64,000 nucleotides of DNA from Lytechinus pictus. Lineage: Eukaryota. Under the pieces are notes generated by a model. It was not told the origin of the DNA. It saw only the letters and a program-made list of their open reading frames with translations, and did no database searches. Positions 12,201 through 24,896 of this stretch are shown here, in pieces; the first letter of the stretch is position 1; each line of letters begins with the position of its first letter. Both the position numbers and the translations under genes were made by a program. The stretch is taken from the NCBI RefSeq assembly GCF_037042905.1, contig NC_087245.1:11162001-11226000 (forward strand), in the 5' to 3' direction.

Positions 12201-15200
12201 ATCTATTTTCATCCCGATTCACATAAGGTGCAGTTAGTGCATCGAAGTCTACATAAAATATTATATAGTTCATGAGCACTCGACTAGATAAAAAATTCAA
12301 GTAAAAATAAAAAGACGGTTAGGAAGAGTTTGTTAGTTTCGTTGTAAAGATTAGAATATGATTACCAAAGAGTTGAAAAAAAACTTACCGACAACGACCC
12401 CGGCGATCACTCCGCAGATTGCTACAACTGCCAACGTAATACCAATCACGATCGCAACAATCTTTCCTTTTGACCAGTTCCTCGTCCCTTTTGAATCGGG
12501 GACATCGACTGGGTTAATATCGGTGCCTGTGTTCCCCTGTACAAAAATGTGTAAAAAGTCATCAGAAAAAAGATAAGATGGTGGACATTTTTAAACCGGT
12601 ATTTAATTTTGGTAGAATTGCTTCAACTAACATGTTTCTTGATTAAGTTTTAAACATGAACAGCGGTCTTGTTGAAAAATCCTAACTTTGTTTTTGGTAG
12701 TTTTTCGTACTATTCATATGAATGAAAATAAAACGGAAGAAAAGTCATTATTAATTTTGCTTAAAAAAAACACACACTTTATTTTCGTCTTTTGGTTTTT
12801 AATTTGAATAGGGCCTACTTGTTGTGTATAGAATAAAATTGGAAGAGTGCTCTGATTTTTTATATTTTGATTTGTGAGAGCACCAAGCCTACTAACATGA
12901 CTAATTATTTACAGCAGTATTTCTTTTTAGGGCTACATTTTATTACACATCAAGGGCAGGGCCTTAATAACAGGGACTTGCAGCTAAGATCTTCAGGAGT
13001 AAATTAAATGTCAACCAATTGTTTCAAGTTAATTATAAAGTAACTGCAAAGCAATTTGCGTAATTTTTTTATCAAGTGAACTACCAGCCATAAATGTATA
13101 TTTGCTTCATTGTGTTTTCTTTGCAATTTAGAATTTTATTTGATTTTCTTCTCTTGCATAAATAAAAAGAACAGCGTATGAACTGAGTATCATAACGTTC
13201 TTAGGCTTTCGTAGAAGAATTTATAGAATATATGATTTGTTTTAATAAAATATTATTTCATATTTTCCATCGTTGTTATTAATAGTTATTATATAATCGG
13301 TTCTAGGACAATAACCCCCGGGCAATCACCCCTGGACAATTACCCCCTACCCGGGGGTAGTTGTCCGGGGGTAATTGTCCAGGGGGTAGTTGTCCTGATA
13401 CGGATATAATCATCATCGCATTGTCATTATCATCGATATTGAAATTTGTTCTTAGTTCTTGTCACTGATGATCACAGGCTAAATATGTTATAGGTTTACT
13501 TAAACGTTTTTACGATAAGTGAAACCATGTTTGCTTGCTTGTATCGAGGTAACCCTATCCATCTTATCATGCTTATGCAAATTTGTAAGTGGATGCTGTC
13601 ATTATATATGTATTGATTTTGTCTCTTCTGTTTTCCCTAATAACTGAACAAATTTGTAGTCGGCTCTCTATCTTTTGTGCTAGCAGTCCCTATAGTTATG
13701 ACGTACTGCGTCATGGAGGACCAATATGGAAATTCTAATTAAATACTACTGTGTACTACTACGGCGAAGAGTATATATGTATAATGTTTTTTCTCGATAA
13801 GATCAATTGTATTACTGAAAATATTTACAATGATAATAATAACAGTAATAATGGCAATGATATCAATAAAAATAATAAATGAAAAGAATAAAAATAATCA
13901 TAGCCATAAGTATGATGATAGTAATGAAATTAATGTCGATGATAACAATAAATATGAACAATAGTGATGATAAAAACTATCACATTAAAAGAAGTAAATT
14001 ACAATTGCGCATTCTAGCAAAAAACAAGCGATCAAATCTGGGGGATATATCAGATATAACATACATATTTATTTCATTCAGAGGATTGTGGGTTTCAAAC
14101 CAGGGGGCCGTTTCATAAAGCTGTTCGTAAGTTAAGAGCGACTTTAAGAGCGATTGGTGAACCCTTCTTATACGCGCTAAACCATCGCCAATTCAATATA
14201 CCATTTACTACAAGAAAGGTTCACCAGTCGTTCTTAAAGTCGCTCTTAACCTACGAACAGCTTTATAAAACACCCACCCGGGTTAGAATCGGCGTTATGG
14301 GCGTAACTTGCATTCAAGATATTTGTGGACCTTGCCTTAATTCAGTCCTTAAAAAATGGGTTCTCGTGCTACATTTTCCAGACTATTTTAGTCCGATTAG
14401 GTACACAGAGTAATTGATATAATAGCGCAATAAAGTAGAAATGATATCTTTTTAAAAGTATTGTACACTTTAGTAGTGAAAGGAGAAATTGCGCATTATT
14501 CTGGCAGAGTTAGCACTATGCCAAATAGAATGTTTAAATAAATACTTTACTTTAATCCATCTATAAAAAGTTGGATTTACAAGGATGATTTCTCTCTACC
14601 TAATGGACACAAATTTGCTCATCGCTTTCAGTGTGCCTTGGCATGAAGTACAGTTTGCTTCGAAAAGGAAAAATCTACCAAATATTTATCAGACCTTTTG
14701 ATTGGCAAATAGAAAATTTTCTAATGTTTATATAATTTTATTTAAGATGACTTATTGCAAACTATACTGAAATAGGAAGCGTGGTAAATATTAATATCCA
14801 TTTTTAGATCAAAAACGTTGAGGCCCGTACTTTGAACTTGTGTCGAATTCACTCTCTAACAGTAAATTTATCAGCCCATTCAACACTTAAACAATCCATA
14901 ACTACATGTATCTGACTATGAAAAAATAGTGAATATTGCCAAATAATGTATTTTTGTGCATGTTTAGCACCCCACCCTCCCCCATTTCAAATGCGCTCTG
15001 CGGACTCCGATGTGTACCGTTGATGGCATGGAGCAATATCGGCAAACCTACCCGACTAGAAATAGTCTCCGGAACAGGATAAATATCAGCAGACGAAGAT
15101 GGCCTTTCTATATCGTGTATGGTAGATGACGTTTCACCTGAGACGGTAAAGATTCCCCTTGGAGATCTCTTGGTAAAAACCCGGTCATCTGGCAATTCGA

Positions 15201-18200
15201 TAGGTGGCAGTGTATCTGGTCTGTATACCGGTTTATCTGGGACCGGATCGTTCGGATTTATAGAGGAAATCGGATCTCCATGGGAAGACGCGGGTCGTAC
15301 GAGCAAAGTTCGGGTAGTTTCATCTCCCCTGCAAAATGAAAATGAAATTGGAAATATTTATAAACCACTCAAGGTGAAACTGAATAATTGCATATTAAAT
15401 AAAACAGATGATTAAACATCTTAAAAAAGATGATCTAATAAAGCATAGCTAAAGATGATGTATCAAGTCTATTTCATGGAATTTCGGTTCATTTTATAGT
15501 GTGACGGGTAATCGACAAGATCATTATTCATCCTAGCATCTTTCTGTCTGCCACAAAAAATGAGCATATTTTATGATGGTTAATGTCTCTTCCGTAATAG
15601 GCATTAGGCCTATGTTTTTAAAATCCTTCATATTGTGTGAAACGAAAGTAAAAATGATATTGAATTCCCACTTCCTTACAATATGATTTCTATCTCTTTT
15701 AAGTGTTGAAATCAACAACAAATGGAAATAATATATGTTATTCTCTATTCCCATAATATATATCTTGCAAATTGTGTTTAAAATTAATAACTATGTTCTC
15801 TTGATTCTTCTTCCAATTAGTCTCACAATCTTCATGCTGTTGGTGATTTCTAAAATATGTACAGTTATGTACTTTTACGTAATAATGTTTTCGGGTCATA
15901 TCAGTGCGACCTTTTCTTCCGTATCGTTCAAATGGTAACTAAACAACCTTTCGAATGATCTAATTCAAACTTAGTTCAGTAATCATTGGTAATTATATAG
16001 AATAGTGACAATGATCTAATTAGTTTTGGAGGTGTCAATGTCAAAAGTCAAAGTGGTATACATTGAAAAGAAAAGGTCGTTTTTACGATGAACTTCAAAT
16101 TGGTTCATGAATGCATACTGAAGAAACTGGTCAAGTTAGTAGTTACACCAAATGTACTTTGAGAATGTTTTCGAATTTGATATGACATGGAGCGTTTCGT
16201 GTAATATGGTTCAAAATTTTTGCATACGAAACAAAGCTAACTAGATACCAGTACCTTACCTCGAACAGAAAAGGTCTGCTATGAACCTTCTTGCTATTTT
16301 CGTGTTAAGTGCCAACGGGTTTTCATTTACAAGGTTTCTTTGGTATATTTCATTGTGTCAGTAACCAAAACACTTTCCGCAAACTGAATTTTTTCTCTTA
16401 CGTAACATCTATACTCAGCAAAAGTCCACTTGTTCAATCAACATGCTGTCTGAAACGTTTTAGATGATGCCTTCTGAACAATGAACTTTTATTTATTAAT
16501 TAACCATCATTAATATATAATTACCTGTTGAATATTTTTCAAGGCTGTCCTGCCTAATAAAATGTACGTAGTTTGCTATACTCTGATCCATTATTATTAA
16601 AACGGATTCAATAGACAGACATATAGGTCATGTAAATATGGATGTAGTCACGATGGGTTTCACGTCAGAGAGGTACGAAGGTGATCCAGGGGGGGGGGGG
16701 CATTTCCGGCCAATCCCCCCTTAAGAGTCATAGTCTTTATTCTTAATGGGAATATGTCGTTCATACACAAGTGAGGACATTTTTTTTTTTTTTTTTTGGG
16801 GGGGGGGGCTTGTAAAAGTGTACTGGGACGAAATGACCTTCATTTTTGTAACAACCTTGTCAAATTTTCATTGGGAAAATATGCCCCCCCCCCCTTTTTT
16901 GAAAATCATGGATATGCCCCTGGTGATACTTTGTGTTTGGGAGAAATTATGTAGCACTGCATGTAAAATAAAGATATGAGTTTCAGTTATTAGCCCGCAT
17001 GCATTAGGCATCCAATATTGAACATCGGATAAAATTTTTGCCTATTATTCAGTTTCAATAATTCAGCCCCCAAAAATGAAAATGCTGATGATCTTGGCAA
17101 ATGAGAAAGTAATTTTTTGTCTGTCTTTTCAGTATATTCTGCTTCCACACGCTTGTGTCTTGGGTTATATAGGAAGATGGATTGGTGCTTGCCAAGATAC
17201 ATGTTGTTCCCTTTTCACATTTGTAATAGCGAAGAAGATGGATGAAAACGGAACCACGTCCAAAACAACGTCAAGATGACTTTTAAAAATTTTTCTTTTT
17301 AACATTAACTAATAAAATACGTGGTTACTTAGGACTTCGTCGTCTTCGTTTCTCTCAATTTAGTAATATTTAATATTGACATCCAATGCAAATATCGATT
17401 ATATTTTCCACTTATTTCCGCCAGTGCACTAGTCTGAGCGTTTATTTATGTTCTCTTACTATATAGCATTAAGATATCGAGTGCCTTTGAGTTATAATGG
17501 CTCCACTTACTTAACCAAATTCCAGGTGCGCTTCTACTCTAAACATTTTGTGGGACTTCTTGGGGCTTGAAACATTTCCGACGTCGGTTTATTCAGTGCA
17601 ATGGAAATGGCCTATCGGTGGCAGCATACGTGGGAGACTATACTGATCTGACCAAGCAGCTAGTCCCCCGAACCCTGGTCCCCAAAATATTTCTAAAGAA
17701 CATAACCCAGAAAACATTGCCCTGTATAATCTTCGAGAAATAGGGGTAAAATTGCCCTAGGAAGCGGGGGTGCTGGGGTGTTGAAGCATCCTCAAACTTT
17801 ACCGGGGGTGTAGGTTATTTCCCATAGGAAACTTTGCCGTGAAATTTGATTGATATGCTTAATAGAAGATCGCCTTCCTTTCGTAGTGATTTTTTTGCTT
17901 GTCAAATTTCTCGCTATCAAAATAACCTCCATTTTCTTGTGAAAACGCATTTTCTCTATTTTTGCTTGTCGAATTTACACCAGCACCCCTGTTAAAAATC
18001 GTTTCCAGTGTCATTATACTTGACATTTAAATATCATTAAACATGCACAAAAAATCAAGATTTGGACGCGTTTAAAAAAAATCCTGTATTAAAAATTGGC
18101 CCCCCAAAAATGGATATTCTTTTTACTCCCTCGCCCCCCAATCCGAGACGTGGATCGACGTCCGTGATTCTAAACTGAAACATTTTAATAACCTTAGCCT

Positions 18201-19781
18201 CGCTCAGGGAGAATATAGCGACCGAACTATTTTCTTTTTTTTAATATCATAAAGTAAAAATCAGAGCATTTTTTTAAACCAAAATAGACAAATCTAAAGT
18301 TAAAACTTGATTTTTATGGCATTTGTATTCGTGTTGGACGAAGTTGGGAGTTAAACTTGAAAAAAAAATTACTAGGCATTGGATAGCATGGGATCATTTA
18401 CTGTTATACTAGCGCTCCAAGAAAGCATTAATTTATTCTGCATTCACATGTTATTTTTAGAGGGAGCATGTAGCGACCGAGCGAGAAAATGCTCGAATTT
18501 GAACAGTAAACAGCTTTAATTTTAGAGTACTCGACGACATGGAATATATACGCATATAGGGCCTACATAGAATATTTGTATATCTATTCTTTGTGGTTGA
18601 TTTTTTTAGGCGGTAAGTGTCAAAGCGCCCCCCCCCCCCCCGATATAAGAATAATATATACATATATGAAGCCATTCTTATACGGAATGCAAACTGCCGG
18701 GTATATAAGCACTGTTAACATTGTTGATTTCCAGAATCGTCACCAAGCGGTGCTGCTTATCGGGTGTCACAGAATAACCATCATGGCTGAGGAATCCCGA
18801 TTATTCCAAAACATACTGGAACATGATCACTACTTAAAGTATATTGCATAATTATCAAAGTTTCCCCTTCTCTATTTCCCTTTTCCCTATTCTTTTTTCT
18901 CATTCATCTTATCTCTTTAATCATGGCATGAGTATGGGTATGCGAGGGAGTGCGCGGCATTATGAGTGTGTCTTTTGCGTTTACGAGATTCACTAATTAT
19001 AATTTTGTATTTTTTCGTTATGCTTAGCTAATCATTTGCTGTCTTGTATATTTTCATTATTTTGGTGGTTGAAAGAAATTTGAATTCACAATGCTGCATT
19101 ACTTCCGTGCTCGTTACCATCTTACATTGTATAAGTATTGGAGAATAGGGAGTTTTCTGCGGTTGGTGTTATGACTCACAAATTCACATTGAGCTAAAAT
19201 TCGATAAATCTACAATGCGAGTGAGCCTAAAAATTGGAATTTATATATATATATATATATGGAAAATCCTGTATAAAATTGATAAGAAAATTGATTTCCA
19301 CTACAATCTTTTCTGCAAAAGTTGAGCAATATCGGGCTATCATAAGCAATATATCGGGGAGAAATATTCCTAGCAGTCAATTACTGGAATACAATTCATT
19401 GATGTAAAAACTATACCACGAAAATCATTACCAAACTAGTTAAGTTCAGATAAATAAAACTTTTCCGTATTTTCTCCCCTTTTCACTTTATTGGCAACTT
19501 AGTCTGAACTAATTTATCAGTTCTTTTCAGTTGAAACTTGAATACATTGTATTTGTCAGTTTCTAAATCAATTAAATCAATCAATTAAATCTGAATCAAT
19601 TAACAATATGCCTACATCTGATTTGTTTTCTATCCAAAACGGAAACGAAATTAACCAAAACAATTGAAGTGCGAAATTCATAGCCTCAAATACCATTTTG
19701 CCATTAAGGTATGAATTAAGAATAAATCATGGCTTACCTGGGGGAAATGTCCCCGTCATTCCTTGGTGATACGCGTGACAT
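1317..19781 (-). CDS. Type II transmembrane serine protease (corin/enteropeptidase-like; TM-SEA-Thr-rich-LDLa-FZ-trypsin), 12 coding exons, 3' end outside window
   Basis: join(19781-19738,15328-15052,12536-12389,11579-11529,10445-10333,9551-9484,8705-8579,4166-4049,3616-3380,2293-2186,2007-1654,1500-1317). All introns are GT-AG, phases are compatible, and the 1829 nt read open. Contains R-IVGG activation site, FCGGTLI and TAAHC. Confidence 0.9.
1654..2007 (-). CDS. Protease exon 11: Frizzled cysteine-rich domain
   Basis: 10 Cys with FZ-CRD spacing ([35 protein letters not shown]); phase 1-1; donor GTAAGT. Confidence 0.92.
2186..2293 (-). CDS. Protease exon 10: LDL-receptor class A repeat
   Basis: [32 protein letters not shown] (6 Cys, DxSDE); 108 nt, phase 1-1. 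Confidence 0.93.
3190..3316. repeat. (TA)n microsatellites
   Basis: Two TA runs at about 3193-3239 and 3292-3315. Confidence 0.9.
3380..3616 (-). CDS. Protease exon 9: Thr/Ser/Ala-rich mucin-like stalk
   Basis: [78 protein letters not shown]; 237 nt, phase 1-1, AG/GTAAG sites. Confidence 0.88.
3722..3789. mobile_element. Very short CWG-flanked MITE
   Basis: Subterminal GTTTCATAA / TTTCATGAAA, flanked by ctg on both sides; same terminal motif as 14104, 30344 and 33515. Confidence 0.45.
4049..4166 (-). CDS. Protease exon 8: end of SEA domain
   Basis: [39 protein letters not shown]; phase 0-1, tag acceptor, GTATGT donor. Confidence 0.82.
4445..4900. mobile_element. MITE with about 70-bp TIRs (PIF/Harbinger-like termini)
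   Basis: GGCCACCGCACACCTTACGACCCGACTGGTCTGCGACTGGCTTGCGACT... is inverted at both ends; flanks are taaa/ttaa; no coding capacity. Confidence 0.85.
5691..6180. mobile_element. MITE with TGCTTTTCACACTGCA TIRs
   Basis: TGCTTTTCACACTGCA...TGCAGTGTGAAAAGCA flanked by TA; internal GGGGTTAAG / CTTAACCCC repeats. Confidence 0.85.
7920..8233. mobile_element. Foldback (almost fully palindromic) element
   Basis: Arms ATCGCTA.AGG.TATTCATTTGTCTCGCAATCTACTATGGTCAACA... mirror each other up to a centre near 8063; TA on both sides; internal repeats of about 44 bp. Confidence 0.88.
8579..8705 (-). CDS. Protease exon 7: SEA domain with GSIIV motif
   Basis: [42 protein letters not shown]; phase 2-0. Confidence 0.88.
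8725..9002 (-). mobile_element. tRNA-derived SINE
   Basis: Pol III A box (TGGCCTAGTGG) and B box (GGTTCAAATC); body shared with the copy at 32488; gcgctttataaat tail. Confidence 0.85.
9484..9551 (-). CDS. Protease exon 6: SEA domain
   Basis: [22 protein letters not shown]; 68 nt, phase 0-2, tttcag acceptor, GTAGGT donor. Confidence 0.85.
10333..10445 (-). CDS. Protease exon 5: start of SEA domain
   Basis: [37 protein letters not shown] (SEA-type F..AY.D.SS..Y..L); phase 1-0. Confidence 0.88.
10923..11508. mobile_element. Kolobok-type MITE (TTAA-AGG family), right end clipped
   Basis: ttaa-AGGACAAGTCCACCCC...GGGGTGGACT; same family as 29264, 39496 and 44539. Confidence 0.85.
11529..11579 (-). 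CDS. Protease exon 4: juxtamembrane linker
   Basis: [16 protein letters not shown]; 51 nt, phase 1-1, ttttattttag acceptor, GTAAGT donor. Confidence 0.78.
12389..12536 (-). CDS. Protease exon 3: signal-anchor transmembrane helix
   Basis: ...[31 protein letters not shown]; basic residues on the N-terminal side (type II topology); phase 0-1. Confidence 0.9.
13299..13403. mobile_element. 105-bp palindromic MITE with 8-bp TSD
   Basis: GGACAAT.ACCCC units of about 15 bp in inverted arrays; ATATAATC directly repeated at 13291-13298 and 13404-13411. Confidence 0.8.
14104..14277. mobile_element. CWG-flanked MITE
   Basis: GTTTCATAAAGCTGTTCGTAAGTTAAGAGCGACTTTAAGA inverted at both ends; flanks cag/ccg. 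Confidence 0.8.
15052..15328 (-). CDS. Protease exon 2: Pro/Ser-rich cytoplasmic tail
   Basis: [19 protein letters not shown]...[12 protein letters not shown]; 277 nt, phase 2-0, ttttgcag acceptor, GTAGGT donor. Confidence 0.82.
16687..16922. mobile_element. Degenerate polyG/polyC hAT-like MITE
   Basis: CAGGGG...GGATATGCCCCTG ends resembling the element at 25662. Confidence 0.55.
19738..19781 (-). CDS. Protease exon 1 (start codon)
   Basis: [22 protein letters not shown](R); CAG/GTAAGC donor in phase 2, matching exon 2. Confidence 0.72.
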
Positions 19782-20539
19782 GGTGTGTCACTGTAGGTGA
19801 CCCTACAATACAAATCCAATTAGCGAGTTGAACCATCAGCAAAATTATTATTCCTTTGATTCCTCACATGGACGTATCGTATCAACCATGGGTATGGTAT
19901 CAACTCGAGCTCAATTGACGTTACCCCCCTCCTTTAAGATTTTGTTTGAAGACCAGTGTGCACTCATCCTGAACCGGATCTGCCTGGCGGACCGTGTGCT
20001 GGCTGGGCCCCCTTGTCATTTGTTTTCCACCGTATGAGGCGTGTTAACATATAACGGTAAGAACCCTGGGAGCTCGGCCCCCTATTAAGCTTTAGGTTAT
20101 ATACTCTTTTCATGGTTTGGTTGCAGTTATGCAAATAAGAGGTTGGTAAACAGAGGAGGGGTGAGAGGGGTTGTTATTACAAATGAATAAAAGTGAGGAT
20201 ACGAAGCTAAGGTGTCAATAAATCTGGGAAGAGTATAGTGATTTCTTTTTTTTTATTACCTGGAGCAAGTAACATGACCTCTCGATCGAGGCGGATGTTT
20301 TAACTTTTTTTGTGTTAATTTTACAGTAGGATTCAGAAAAAGAGAATATATGTACCTTAGGACAAACATAACAAAATATAAAGGAGGCATATAATTATGT
20401 GTATAGTAAGTACGGAATCATGCGTACTATGATAAGCTCCTACCTAAACCAAATAACATGTGTGTTTTAAACAGCGTAAGATATTTCAAAATATAACCAG
20501 TGCATATCTTCCGGATTCTTCTTCCCCCCCTCTTTTTCA

Positions 20540-20880
20540 TGAACATTATTATCATCACCATGAAAATCATAATCATCATTACAACCATTGTTATCATAAC
20601 AATAATTTCCATAACCATGATTTCCATCATAATCGTCATTATCATCTTCATCATCATCATCATCATCATCATCAACACCACCACCATCATCATAACCAAC
20701 ACAATCATCATTATTATCATCATCATCCAGATCATAACCATTAATCATCATCATCATCCTCCTCCTCCTCATCATCATCATCACCATCACCAACATTCTC
20801 ATCATAACCATCATCATTATCATTGTCATTCCCATCTTAATCATCACCATGGTCATCATTATCTTCATCCTCATCATTTT
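20540..20880. repeat. Degenerate (CAT/ATC)n microsatellite
   Basis: Long trinucleotide run producing poly-H/I/M/D pseudo-ORFs in several frames. Confidence 0.92.
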
Positions 20881-22554
20881 CTCGTCTGAACTTTGGTAGA
20901 TAGGAAGTAATTTCAATGCCATATTTTGGAAATTAACGAATGTATATCAACTTCAAAACAGATCAGTATTGCTTTACATACATCTATGAAGGTGATAAAA
21001 TAACAAGGTTTCTCATATTACAGAAATTATAATCTACATTTAAGGTTAAACTGGTCCATAACTCTGGTATTATCTCTTTTTTTAAATATTTTATCAGAAA
21101 CAGTACACGTCATCTTTTGGTAGACGTATGAATACAGATTGAAAGCCAAAGACCTGTAAACCGGATCAGCAAGTGAATTTGAGCCGGGTTTTTGTTTATA
21201 TAGTTCGTTTACATATTCACCCATTATCTGTGCAAACATACAGGAGAAGAAGATGGATACATTATAGAGACTTCTGTTTTCAAGGGAATCCTAGTAGAAG
21301 GCCATTAAATATTGGACTATGAGAGTAGAACAAAGGTAACAACTGAAATATTTGAATTAGACCATTGTACTTTTGTAGAGAAAAGTGCCACGGGCCTTGT
21401 TTGCAACCGTATCTATAAACGTAGCAAATCCGGAGCAAATCACCAGCAAGCAAACAACCTGCCCTACTTGTAAATGGTGTATGATTGGCTCAAAGTAAGT
21501 CATGATATAATAATGATGGCCATGAAATATACTCGATGATACGACCTTTGGATGTCGTTTTTCAGATTCACATGCATCATCTGTTTTAAAAGAGGGCGTA
21601 CTCTCTTTTATGATTTTTCAACGGTTAATAATCATTGGAGATTTTTCGCAACGAATTCCAGAACACAGTAAATGTATTGAAAATACCCGTCAAATGACAA
21701 TGAACAGCTGGAGGTCTTTGTCGAAAATTGGTAAATCGATCATAATTTTGGTCCCAAGTTTTGGAGCTGACGAAAAATTGCAAGTATGTCTATTGTCCAG
21801 AGTCCAGGACAAAACTGCTGTTTGGATTTAACAATTTTCGACAAAGACTTTTTGGTTGCTCATTGCCATTAAGGGCATTTGAAAATACCTTATTTTGTTC
21901 CTGAAAGCATCCTGCGTCGCGGTTTTAAATCTCTCAAATTATGGTTCAGAGAACGTTTGATCAAATAATAAATATTACCTTATATTAGCGATTTGATTTG
22001 ACTGTAAATAAGCTGTTTTTGCTACAACACTATATTATAGAATATAATTCTAGATTTCCGAGATAAAGATGTAACATCTAACGAACAAGTGTTGGTAGGC
22101 CCTTTTTCATCCTCCTGTTTAAGTAGCATGAACCATCTGCAAAATCTAATTTTGATAAATTGTTATTATAAACAACTCTACATCCCCAGAAAACGACACA
22201 ATGTTGTCAGAAGTGTTTAAATAAATTATGATTAATATGCATAATTTTCCATCCCTGTATTCAATTATGTCTGTATTGTAGTTCTCGCCCATTAAACGTA
22301 CATTGCAAAAACTGTGGTGTTAGATTGGTGTACATAGGGAACCACACAAGTAATTTTACTACAGTGTTATTATTTTTTGGCGTTGGTTCAACAAATATGG
22401 GTAATATTAAAACCCCTCTGTTTGTAAGTTTTACACTCATTAGTGTTGTGTTCAATCTAGGGTGTAGTTTTGACACTTCAGGGTATGGTACTCGAAGGAA
22501 ACCAATTGGTCTTAGTTTAAAAACCCCAGATTGATGCCCTTACACCAGTCACCA

Positions 22555-22650
22555 ACAACATACAAACACATACACCCGCACACTCACCCTCACACACGCA
22601 CACCCTCTCACACACACCCACATACACACCTCCCACACACACGACACAGC
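22555..22650. repeat. CA-rich simple repeat
   Basis: Imperfect (CA)n. Confidence 0.8.
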
Positions 22651-24896
22651 TGAATGATACAAGAGAAACAAAATACCTACCACGCTGCTAAGACTGATTG
22701 CGTATTGAAGTTTTAATCAGTGCAAATCATTACGCGGAATCTACTACCATGACAAGGTTAACAATAAAAAATCAATTAAAAAAATTACCAGACACTGGTC
22801 TCGTAACCAAATAGTTCGAATCCACACAGCCACCATTTAACAATAATTTATTTTAGTTTTATTTGAAAAAAAGACAATAAAACTAATAATGGCAAAGGTT
22901 TATCAAACGATTCGAAATAACTCGTATTTAGCTATTAATCAGTGTGACATGTTCCATCCAATTTATTTATCAACGAGATGTAATCAACTGTTTCCGATTA
23001 AGGTAAGGTGGGTTATGTAATGGTTTTTTAGTCTAAAATATCATTTTCTACATTACCACTTAACGTACATGATTTGCAGCAAAATGTGATACTCCCTGTA
23101 TTGGAGTGGATATAGTAAATATAGATAAAATAGTATGTCTATGGGGTGGAATCTTTTGCATGTACGAAATCTACCGCCCAATTTGTATATATATAACACT
23201 ACAAGCAGCAGACTATAGTTAAGATAAAATACAACACCGATTGGTGAAACGTCTCGTTTCAAATGTGGCTAAATGGTTTATTTATTTTAGCAAAGTGTAA
23301 CTGTTGTTTTATCAGAATTAATTAAACACTAATTATATTTTTCTCATTGTACATTAGATTATTGAAAGACATAGAGACCTCCACTATAAATATATAGATC
23401 TGAATAACATTCATAATTCAATTACATAAATATATTTCAGATATACAGGCGGAGTATAACATTTTTAGATTTAAAAAAAATCGATCATCAAAGTAAAGAT
23501 TCGAGGTGAATATTAGCATCATAACTAGTTTCATCTTTAGAAATTGATAATCGAAGAATATGAAAGATAGTTCACACAATCAACAATTAACACAATCAAG
23601 AAATATAATTCATCAGTAATATACACTACCTCGCATCAATATCCACTATTTCCGAAATTATTTCTCAAACTTCGAAATACATTACATATTTCAGCCATAT
23701 ATATATCATTGTATTTTCTTAATGACAATCGACCTGGCGTTCAAATCATTGGCCATAAACTCACCGGCCTAAAAGAGCCAGTGGGAATTATAGGAGAGAA
23801 AGACATAAAACCAAAATATGGATGTATTTTAATTGTAAATACCAGTACTTTATAGAACAACGTATAGGCCTATCCTACGGGTATTTTTATAGCGCTTTAA
23901 TAGAATAATATACAAAAGAGTTCTTATCCATTGAATTCACCACAAACCCAACCATATTTAATTCACATTGCTTTGCACGAGTAATATCTAAAAAAAAGGG
24001 GTTCTTTGCTAAGTTTATCTAGCATGGATTACTGCAAAAATGTAATCAAGTTGTAGCATTACTTCAGTATTATTGCATAACTTTATACAAGATATTATTA
24101 CTAAACCAAGCAAATCTGGGCCTATAAATTCACAATGAAAACAATCAAAAGCAAGCACAATTTTAATACATCATTAAAAAGATGTATTCTACTGAACATG
24201 ATTTTTTTTCTTATCAATAAATCCTCAGCCTTTCTTGTCAGACATCTTTATCAGACGATACATTTTTTTACGAATAGGACAAGCAAGAGATCAGAAGGCA
24301 CGACATCAATGTGCAGTAATAATAATAAATTACATAAAATAGATACATAATCTATATGTCTATATTTCACTGCACTTGAGGTTATATATATATATAGAAA
24401 GAAAGGCTATTGATTTTCAAGGTTTCATTTGTAGAGAATGAATCAATTATTATACAATTGTTTGCATTTCATAATATCAAATTAGACTAATATTTAGCGA
24501 TTTGAATATTTACAAAAAATAGAAATGGTAGAAATGGCCCATGTTTAAAATAAAGCATAGATGATTATTGTGAGAGGTAATTTATTTGCTTTGGCGATCT
24601 GTTAAGGCCATTGTACAACCTTTTGTATATTGCCCGTCAGAAAAAAAACTGTGTTCATGGCACAGGGATCTAATTCTAAGCGTAAATTACCATCTGTAGA
24701 ATTCCTACCATTACCATTTTTTTTTTAATTGAAGATGAATGCAATTCAAAATGTGTGAATTTACGAAATGGAGGAGTCAGTCTCCTCACCTTTATAACGT
24801 GTTTCAAGCTTATCATTACCACGTTTTTTAAAGGGAGTTGCTTACTAATGTAATATAGTAAAATGAGGCGTATTTTATGACTATTTTCAACCATTT

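Noticed and set aside
16260..16360. Phase-compatible donor GAG/GTAAGG as alternative first coding exon
   Set aside because: The compatible frame has an upstream TGA and no ATG or good acceptor; it could only be non-coding and cannot be supported.
17511..17640. GTAAGT donor with upstream ATGs
   Set aside because: The ATG-initiated frames and the phase-2 frame all contain stops.
20427..20922. His-, Met-, Ile- and Asp-rich ORFs
   Set aside because: Translation of a CAT microsatellite.
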